A stretch of DNA of 64,000 bases, from NCBI GenBank assembly GCA_963844715.1, contig CAWJPJ010000008.1:864001-928000 (forward strand). Direction: 5' to 3'. The notes under the pieces were generated by a model. That model saw nothing but the letters and a program-made list of their open reading frames with translations, was not told the origin of the DNA and did no database searches. Origin of the DNA: an uncultured Phycisphaerales bacterium (lineage in GTDB: Bacteria > Planctomycetota > Phycisphaerae > Tepidisphaerales > Tepidisphaeraceae). A program made the position numbers and the translations under genes. Below are positions 56,697-64,000 of this stretch, piece after piece. The stretch's first letter is position 1. Each line of letters starts with the position of its first letter.

Positions 56697-57830
56697 ATGG
56701 CCAGTCTTCTCAAACGCGGAAGCAAGTTCTATATTCGCGTGTATGTCAATGGGAAAGCGAAGGATATCGCGACCAAAACGACCAACATCAAGATCGCGGA
56801 AAAGCTGTTGCAGAAGGTGGAATACGAGAATGCCACCGGCCAGCTTGCCACGGCAACCAGAACGCCGCTGGCCAAGCTGCTTGAGGATTTCGTCGCCCAT
56901 CTCAGCGCAAACCATCGGCAAAAGTCGGTCAAGAATGATCTCTCCCGGCTGCGGATGATCTTTGGTCCGCTGACGCCAGCCTTGGAACTTGCCACCAAAA
57001 AGGACAATTTGACAGGGGAAGTTCAGGGGAAGCCGCAAGAGCCGGAAGCCGCGGAACCGCCCCGTGTGGTGGCCGAATATGCCGAACAAATCAATCCACC
57101 GCTGATCAACCGTTACCTGGATCACCGCGCGGCGGTGGTCGGCCCGAAAACTCTGAACGCCGACCGTGAAATTCTCTACCGGCTGTTCCGGTACGCCATC
57201 GAGCATCACGGCCTGGTCTATCCCGATCCACGCCTCAAGAATCCGGTGGATGGCGTTCGTCCCCGAAAGCTCCTGGCGCATGACATCCGATTTCTCAACC
57301 CTGAGCAGATTAAAGTGCAGTTGGAAGCCGTAAAGGATAAATCGGCACTGCATGCCGCCGTTGCGATTTTGATCTACGCTGGCCTTCGCCGCGAAGAGGC
57401 GTTGTGGCTCACGCGCGAGGATCTGGACCGCAAAGCGGGCTTGATTCGCATCCGGGCCAAAACGATCGACGGCCAATTTTGGCAACCGAAGACTGGGCGA
57501 AATCGCTCCGTACCGATCAGCACCGCGCTCGCTGCGGTCTTGGACAAATACAAACCATCGGCAGCCGGGCCTTGGTTGCTGCCAAGTCCCGAAGGCGTCC
57601 GATGGGACCCGGATAATTTCAGCCATAAGCTTGCTGACGAGAATGCGAAGGCAAAGCTGCCGTGGACGTGTTTGGATTTTCGGCACACGTTTGGTTCGAT
57701 GCTGGCCCAGCGCGGCATCAGCCTGTACAAAATCAGCGCGATGATGGGAAACTCGCCGGAGATTTGCCGCCGCCACTATGCGGCGCTCATCCCGGACCAG
57801 TTTGTCGGCGACGTGAATTTCGCGGCCTGA
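56697..57830 (+). CDS. Tyrosine recombinase/integrase (homolog of 20591-21784)
   Basis: GGAGGT RBS; AGLRREE, PKTGR, DFRHTF, MMGNSPEICRRHYAAL. Confidence 0.93.
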   Translation: MASLLKRGSKFYIRVYVNGKAKDIATKTTNIKIAEKLLQKVEYENATGQLATATRTPLAKLLEDFVAHLSANHRQKSVKNDLSRLRMIFGPLTPALELATKKDNLTGEVQGKPQEPEAAEPPRVVAEYAEQINPPLINRYLDHRAAVVGPKTLNADREILYRLFRYAIEHHGLVYPDPRLKNPVDGVRPRKLLAHDIRFLNPEQIKVQLEAVKDKSALHAAVAILIYAGLRREEALWLTREDLDRKAGLIRIRAKTIDGQFWQPKTGRNRSVPISTALAAVLDKYKPSAAGPWLLPSPEGVRWDPDNFSHKLADENAKAKLPWTCLDFRHTFGSMLAQRGISLYKISAMMGNSPEICRRHYAALIPDQFVGDVNFAA

Positions 57831-57882
57831 GTGCAGTGCGTCAAAGCTGAACGCGCGCACCGCGAGGACGGACCGGTTTGTG

Positions 57883-58464
57883 ATGGCGAAGGAACATCCC
57901 AATTTCCCGCGACTGCTGGAGGCGATGAAAGTCGCCGCTGGTCGCGCTCGGCCATGGGCGGGCACTATCTTTCGCTCCGCGCCGCCGAAATGGGCCACCG
58001 GCAAGGAAATGCTCACCGGCGTTGGGAGCATGAAGTCCGGCGCTCGGTTTAACGCGCCCGGTAGCTTCCCCGCCATTTACGGCAGCACGACGCCAGAACT
58101 GGCCATGATTGAATCGTTGGCCTATCAGCGCCGCGCCAATCTTCCGTTGGAGCGGGCAATGCCATTAGTGTTCAAAGCCATCTCGGTCGATGTCCAGCGG
58201 TGTGTGGACCTAACCGAAGCCGTGGTACTCGCCGATATCGGTCTGACACTCGATCAGATTCGGACCGAAACTTGGTGGCTGGCTCGGGCTCGCGGCGAGG
58301 AATCTTTGACTCAAGCGATTGGCCGGGCCGCTCACGACTACGGCATCCAGTCGCTCATGGCCGCATCAGCGCACGCCGTGGATCAGGGCCTCAACGTCAT
58401 TGTATTACCGGACCACCTCAAGCCGCCCAGCCGCGTAGCAGTGCTTCGACGCCCCACGAAATAA
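57883..58464 (+). CDS. RES domain toxin
   Basis: IFR, G....GARFN.PG....IY, A..ES, TQAIG.AA...G...L...SA, N....P. Confidence 0.85.
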   Translation: MAKEHPNFPRLLEAMKVAAGRARPWAGTIFRSAPPKWATGKEMLTGVGSMKSGARFNAPGSFPAIYGSTTPELAMIESLAYQRRANLPLERAMPLVFKAISVDVQRCVDLTEAVVLADIGLTLDQIRTETWWLARARGEESLTQAIGRAAHDYGIQSLMAASAHAVDQGLNVIVLPDHLKPPSRVAVLRRPTK

Positions 58465-58556
58465 TGGCCTCAATCGTCGATATGAATCCATACACGCACA
58501 TTTGCGTGTTACCGTGCTTGACTTTTTGCACGATATAGGCAAGGATGTCTTAAGAG

Positions 58557-58955
58557 GTGACGATCATGGCCACGGCGATAAAGCACTCTCGCGTTCATTC
58601 GAAGGTACACAAGCCGGTTTCCGGTCAGTCCGCCGGCGTCGAGGTGCGCGATTTGCGACGACGCCACGCGCTATCCCAGGGCCTTCTGGCTCGACTGCTT
58701 GACGTATCGCTGCGCACGGTCTCCGGTTTGGAATCCGGATCGGTCGTCCCGGCACAGCTTCGGCGAAACTTGGTGCAGGTGAATCGCCTCTGTGGTGCGT
58801 TGGCCGAAGCAATGGAATCCAGCTACGTCGGCCGCTGGTTGGATGAGCCAAACGAAATGCTTGCCGGCCTTAAACCGGTTGAAGCGGTCGAGCGAGGTCA
58901 GATCGACTTGGTATGGCAGGTGGTCGAGGGATTGCGTTCAGGGTCGCAGCTATAG
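58557..58955 (+). CDS. Xre/MbcA/ParS-type antitoxin (HTH + DUF2384-like)
   Basis: LSQ..LARLL.VS.RTVS..ESG HTH; WL.EPN..L.G.KP.E. Confidence 0.82.
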   Translation: MTIMATAIKHSRVHSKVHKPVSGQSAGVEVRDLRRRHALSQGLLARLLDVSLRTVSGLESGSVVPAQLRRNLVQVNRLCGALAEAMESSYVGRWLDEPNEMLAGLKPVEAVERGQIDLVWQVVEGLRSGSQL

Positions 58956-58997
58956 CGCCTGCGCCTGTCGCTCGTGTGGATAACTTCCCATCTAACG

Positions 58998-59030
58998 CGA
59001 AGACCCCGCTCGAACGCGGGGTCTTCGTTT
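58998..59030. terminator. Hairpin terminator between convergent genes
   Basis: CGAAGACCCCGC-N6-GCGGGGTCTTCG-TTT. Confidence 0.7.
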
Positions 59031-59059
59031 CCCTTACTCAGACAGAACAAAGAAATCAT

Positions 59060-59305
59060 CTATGGTTCACGGCACCTCCTTTCGTAATCTTCGATATCCT
59101 TGAGCAGGTATCGCACGATGCCGTGCTTTCCATGCCCAAGGCAAAATGCTTTCACGCCCGCGGCCTCCAGATTTCGCCGCACGGTACTTCGATCACAGGC
59201 CCACCGATCGGCAACCGCCTTCAGGGAAACGTATCTTCCGCTGACCGTCTCGCTCTTCGATTGAGGTGATTTGGCCGACTCAGGCCATGCCAATTGATTG
59301 CTCAT
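59060..59305 (-). CDS. Excisionase-like small HTH protein
   Basis: YVSLK.VA.RW..DRSTVRR, VRY...DIE.Y; near the integrase. Confidence 0.7.
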   Translation of the reverse strand: MSNQLAWPESAKSPQSKSETVSGRYVSLKAVADRWACDRSTVRRNLEAAGVKAFCLGHGKHGIVRYLLKDIEDYERRCREP

Positions 59306-59399
59306 GGGTATTTCTGCCTTCTTAGGTCACAAAGGCTGACAGCATTGATCGTCTTCGACCGCCACCCGGACCTTCGCCGCTCTCCTCACAACCGGAGTT

Positions 59400-59428
59400 A
59401 GCATATTGTTCGGTATTGTCGAAGTCAA
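59400..59428 (-). promoter_or_regulatory. Sigma70-like promoter for the xis gene (TTGACT-N17-TATGCT)
   Basis: Near-consensus hexamers with 17-nt spacer containing ATACCG. Confidence 0.65.
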
Positions 59429-59558
59429 CGGTTTATTTGACTTTATTCTTCCTGACGGGCAGTGTTCGCTTTCGCGGCGCGCATTCACTGTTAGCGACAC
59501 AGCGTTTGGCATATTTAACCCCTTGCATACCGATGCATTAAGCCATAGAATGTGCCTT

Positions 59559-59810
59559 ATGGCCACTTCTCGCCAAACCCGCGGCGCTTCCAAACCGGAA
59601 CCATCCCCCAAAACGGTGCAAAGGACTTATCGGTTTGACAACAAGACTTTTGCTGCGTTTGAAGATGACTGCGCTCAGCATTTATCTAATCCGAAGCGGG
59701 TCATAGAAGCTCTGATCCTCCACTGGTTGGACGCGAGTGCCGAAGAGCGTGCCGCAATGGCTCAAATACATCGCCAGCGGATCGGGGCTGGTTCTCAGGA
59801 CGAAGAATGA
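59559..59810 (+). CDS. Small RHH-like regulator (homolog of 10309-10560)
   Basis: PKTVQRTYRFD.K.F.AFEDDCA.HL.NPKRVIEALILHWLDAS shared. Confidence 0.72.
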   Translation: MATSRQTRGASKPEPSPKTVQRTYRFDNKTFAAFEDDCAQHLSNPKRVIEALILHWLDASAEERAAMAQIHRQRIGAGSQDEE

Positions 59811-60101
59811 GCCGCTTCGCATGAGAGTCTCGATTCGCAACGGTGTGGCCGTTCGCCTTTGGTGATGCCGCGTCCAAAGGCCCCAGTGCGGTTGATTTCT
59901 AATAGCTGGGGCGAATCCCGTCCACGGCGTTGCATTCTCAACTCTTTGTCTATCCCCCTCTACGAAATTAGCGTCTCGCCAACTACTGCATCTTGATGCG
60001 GACGTTTCGTTGCGCCCGGCGATCGCGCCACTCCACGGCGTCTCGCTGATTCGGACGCTCGAACAAATTCAAACGAACCAAACAAAATACGAACTTTATT
60101 C

Positions 60102-60143
60102 TTGACTCGGATGTTCGGCATGTGTACGGTATTGTCCATACCG
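60102..60143 (+). promoter_or_regulatory. trbC promoter (TTGACT-N17-TACGGT) with CGGTAT-N5-ATACCG palindrome
   Basis: Conserved with 10035-10075 although the flanks diverge. Confidence 0.7.
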
Positions 60144-60202
60144 ATTAAGTCATCGAATTATTCGATGCGGATCGGTAGTGCTTAATCAATAGGAGTCATG
60201 CC

Positions 60203-60544
60203 ATGAAAAGCCGAATTCTGCATCGATCCTCGCTGCTGGTGCCGACACTCGTCGGGGCAGCGATGTCCATCGCAATTCCAAACACCGCTCGCGCCGCGGC
60301 CGCCAACGGTGGCCAGCCGCTCCCGTGGGAGGGTCCATTGAACCAAGTGCTGGCCAGCTTCACGGGTCCGGTGGCTAAGGCGCTGTGCATCCTGGCCATC
60401 GTGGTCATCGGATTCGGTTTCGCCTTCAGCGAAGGCGGCGGACTCCGTCGCATCCTCGGTCTGCTGCTGGGCGTTTCGATTGCGGTCACGGCCACCAGCT
60501 TCGGCGTGACGTTCTTCGGTTTCGATGGCGGCGCTGGCTGGTAA
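60203..60544 (+). CDS. trbC: TrbC/VirB2 pilin
   Basis: Region from AAAANGG onward identical in protein to 9625-9972. Confidence 0.9.
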   Translation: MKSRILHRSSLLVPTLVGAAMSIAIPNTARAAAANGGQPLPWEGPLNQVLASFTGPVAKALCILAIVVIGFGFAFSEGGGLRRILGLLLGVSIAVTATSFGVTFFGFDGGAGW

Positions 60545-60593
60545 TGGTTCGACGAGCTCACCGCCGGTGGAAACGCTCAGCAGGAGAATGGCT

Positions 60594-60863
60594 ATGTCGC
60601 GCCCCGAAGAAATCGAAGGTTACGAAGTGCCGCTCCATGTGGCCCTGACCCAGCCGATACTCATGGGCGGCGCGCCGCGGACATTCGCCATTCTCAACGG
60701 CACCGTCGCCCTGGTGGTCGGAATGGGTTTGCACCTGTGGTGGCTTGGATTTCCAGCGGGCGCGGGTCTGCACATGGCGGCGGTGCTAATGAGCAAACGC
60801 GACCCGCACTGGTTTGACATTTTTCGGCGTCATGTCCGTCAGCCGACGCATTTGGATTCGTGA
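60594..60863 (+). CDS. trbD: TrbD/VirB3
   Basis: Near-identical to 9317-9586. Confidence 0.9.
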   Translation: MSRPEEIEGYEVPLHVALTQPILMGGAPRTFAILNGTVALVVGMGLHLWWLGFPAGAGLHMAAVLMSKRDPHWFDIFRRHVRQPTHLDS

Positions 60864-60903
60864 CCCCCCCTAATCCCCCTGACCTCCGTTGGGAGATACG
60901 TTC

Positions 60904-62026
60904 ATGTGGAACCTCGGCGAATATAGCAAACATCCGCAGCGCCTCGCTGACCATCTGCCTTGGGCAACGCTCATCGCGCCTGGCGTGATGCTCAATAAAG
61001 ATGGCAGCTTACAGAAAACCATCGCGTTTCGCGGTCCCGATCTGGACAGTTCAACGCCTTACGAACTCGTTGCGGCACGCGCCCGGATGAACAACGTGCT
61101 CCGTCGCCTCGGTTCTCACTGGTGCGTGCATGTGGAGGCGTCAAGGCGATTGGCGCATGTCCATCCGGCCAGCGACTTCCCCAATCCCGTCGCGGCAATG
61201 ATCGATCAGGAACGCCGCGATTCTTTCACGGCGGATGCCCTTCACTTTGAAAGCCAGTGTTTCATCACCTTCACCTATCTGCCGCCGGCGGAAGGTATGA
61301 CGCGGCTGGGCGATTTCTTCATCGACCGGCCCAACAACAAAGTGGATGGGCGCGTTTCTTACCGGGCCCACTTCGATCATTTCCTGGGACAGGTGGATCA
61401 GATCGTGAACCTTATGGCTTCCTTCATGCCCGAAGTCCATCCGCTGGATGATGGCGCGACACTCACCTACCTGCATTCGTGCATTTCGGATCGGCGGTTG
61501 ACGGTCGCCGTGCCGGACGTTCCGTTCTATCTGGACGAAATGATTACCGATCGGCCCTTGGCAGGCGGCCTTTCGCCGCGTCTCGGACGGCTCTTTCTCA
61601 AAACCGTCTCGGTCCGCGCTTATGTCAATCGCACGCTTCCCTGCCTGCTGGACCGCCTGAACGAACTACCGATCGAATACCGGTGGATCGGACGCTACCT
61701 GCCGATGGACAAAACCGATGCCACGCGCCAACTGAACAAACTGCGCCGCCAGTGGTTCGCCAAGCGCAAGGGGATGGTAACCCTGCTGAAAGAAGCCATC
61801 ACCAAACAGGAATCCAAGCTGGAGGATTCCGACAGCTTGAACAAGTCCGAAGATGTCGATGCCGCCCTACAGGAACTCGGCGGCGATCACTGCTCGTTCG
61901 GGGACTTCACGCTGACTATCACGGTCTGGGATGAAGATGAGCAAACCGCGACGGAAAAGGCGCGGGCGGTTCAACAAGTCGTCGATGGCGTGGGCCTCGT
62001 TACTGAGATCGAAGATTTCAACGCGG
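60904..62026 (+). pseudogene. trbE: TrbE 5' portion, truncated before the ATPase domain
   Basis: Matches region A TrbE up to EIEDFNAV, then homology stops. Confidence 0.85.
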
Positions 62027-64000
62027 TGGCGGCATCGCCAGCGGGCCTCGCTCCTCTGGCAGCGCAAGCGTTTCCCACAACGCTACCCTGCGCAATTTGG
62101 GAAGCGACGCGAAGGCGTCGGCCTCGGATAGTTTTGCAACGGCAGAAACCGGAAGCTCAGTCGCCGCGTGGGAATCGTCGATTGAGCGAAACGGGCCGTG
62201 CTGGTGCCGGCGCTCGACAATTTGTTGCGCGTGGGCTGCTTGCAATCCCTTTATCATGCGTAAGCCAAGCCGCACGGCTGGACCACCGATTCCCCAAGTC
62301 CTTTTGTCTGCCGTGGGCACAGATGCCGACGAATTGGCGGGACTCTCCAAGCTGCAATCCCAATCGCTCCGGTTCACTTCGACCGCTCGCACTTCCACGC
62401 CATGTTCTCGTGCGTCTCGCACGATCTGTGCCGGCGCATAAAATCCCATTGGCTGGCTGTTGAGCAGTGCGCAGCAGAAGGCCGCCGGGTGATACCGTTT
62501 GATCCACGCGCTGGCGTAGACAAGCAGTGCGAAAGAAGCGGCGTGGCTTTCGGGAAAGCCGTATTCGCCAAACCCCTTGATCTGGTTGAAGCAGCGCTCG
62601 GCGAAATCGCGCTCGTATCCGTTGGCCAGCATTCCATCAATCATCTTCTGCTGAAACTTTTCGATACTGCCCGCGTGCCGCCACGCGGCCATTGCGCGGC
62701 GCAATTGGTCGGCTTCTCCGGCTGTGAATCCCGCCGCGACCATCGCCATTTTCATCGCCTGCTCTTGAAAGAGTGGAACACCGAGCGTCTTGCCAAGTAC
62801 CGCCTCCAATTCGGGCTTGGGAAAACTTACCGGCTCAATCCCGTCCCGGCGGCGCAAGTAGGGATGAACCATATCGCCCTGGATCGGGCCGGGTCTGACA
62901 ATCGCGACCTCAATCACCAAGTCATAGAATTTGCTCGGGCGCAGCCGCGGGAGCATGGACATCTGCGCCCGGCTTTCGATCTGAAAGACGCCGATGGTGT
63001 CGGCGTCGCTGACCATCACGTAAACGCCGGGGTCTTCGGGCGGAATCGTGTGAAGCTCAATCGGCGGTTGTGTCGGATGGGTATCATTGATGAGCTTCAT
63101 CCCCTTGGCCAGCGCCGTCAACATCCCCAGCGCCAGCACGTCCACTTTGAGAATGCCGATGGCGTCGATGTCGTCCTTGTCCCACTCGATAACCGTGCGG
63201 TCCGCCATGCTGGCGTTTTCGATGGGGACCAACTCGCACAACGGCCCGCGCGTCATGACCATGCCGCCGACGTGCTGGCTAAGGTGACGAGGAAATCCAA
63301 GCAGTTCGCGCGTCAGCGCCACCACCAGTCGTACAGTGCGGTCGGTGGGGTCCAATCCCGCTTCTCGAACCTGTTCATCCAGCGGCGCGCCGCTGGACCA
63401 GCCCTCCAGGCGCTTGGCGAGCGCGTCCACCGCGTCAAGGCCCAATCCCATTGCCTTGCCTACGTCCCTCACTGCGGAACGACCGCGATAGCTGATGACT
63501 TCCGCCGTCATGCCCGCGCGCTCGCGGCCATATTTCTCATAGAGATATTGGATCACTTCCTCGCGGCGTTCATGCTCATAGTCAACGTCGATGTCGGGTG
63601 GCTCGTCGCGGGCGGCACTGACGAATCGCTCAAAGAGCACGTCAATCCGGTTGGGATCAACGGAGGTGACGCCCAGGCAATAGCAGACGGCGGAATTCGC
63701 GGCGGAGCCGCGCCCTGACAAAGAATCCCGCGCGAGCGGGCGAAGCGAACCAGATCGAAAACCGTGAGGAAGTACGGCTCGATCTTCAATTCTTCGATCA
63801 GCGTCAATTCATGGACGATCTGCCGGCGAACTTTTTCAGGAATGCCCTGCGGATAGCGAACGGCGGCGCCAGCCCAAGTGAGTTCCGCCAGATACGATGC
63901 CGGCGTTTTGCCAGCCGGTACGATCTCATCCGGGTATTCATAGCGCAGCTCATCAAGCGAGAACGCGCAGCGTTCGGCGATCTCGACCGTTCTTCGCAGC
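62018..64000 (-). CDS. dnaE2: Error-prone DNA polymerase DnaE2/ImuC (5' end outside window; 3' end apparently truncated; frameshift near 63715)
   Basis: [49 protein letters not shown]. Confidence 0.9.

Larger units (their letters stand above)
56478..62026. mobile_element. Island C: ICE left portion (int, RES/Xre, xis, regulator, trbCD-trbE'), truncated
   Basis: att, integrase, excisionase-like gene and a Trb operon homologous to region A. Confidence 0.8.

Noticed and set aside
60889..62463. 524-aa TrbE fusion protein
   Set aside because: The tail after ~62026 is the antisense of dnaE2
1..64000. CRISPR array or cas genes
   Set aside because: No regularly spaced repeats with unique spacers and no Cas motifs seen

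Overview
GC-rich bacterial DNA, probably from a Planctomycete. A Tepidisphaerales/Phycisphaerae host is an inference from PTTxP/ATxP-type motifs in secreted proteins and a typical small hypothetical gene. The window is almost entirely accessory. It is a tandem array of integrative elements joined at two identical 50-bp sites containing the 3' half of an initiator-type tRNA-Met (20384-20433 and 56478-56527), each followed by a terminator and a tyrosine integrase. Region A (<1-20433) carries a leftward P-type (Trb) conjugation operon, an AbiE type IV toxin-antitoxin pair, a class I fructose-bisphosphate aldolase flanked by direct repeats, and a detoxification cluster (epoxide hydrolase, P450, flavoprotein disulfide reductase, SDR, HPP). 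Island B (~36 kb) has an integrase, traG'-copG-trbB remnants and a type II secretion operon. Divergent from that operon are three secreted proteins, a ~2,000-aa signal-peptide RHS protein with a tiny Cys-rich C-terminal tip, an ankyrin lipoprotein and an orphan RHS fragment. Island B ends with a second AbiE pair whose toxin is split by an IS66 carrying a VOC passenger gene, itself split by an IS21. Island C has an integrase, RES and Xre genes in reversed order, an excisionase, a small regulator and trbCD-trbE', which is cut off tail-to-tail by a truncated dnaE2. Many genes carry single frameshifts, most likely read or assembly indels, so boundaries of frameshifted genes are approximate. The best candidate for an undescribed system is the mobile T2SS + RHS/Cys-peptide + ankyrin module.
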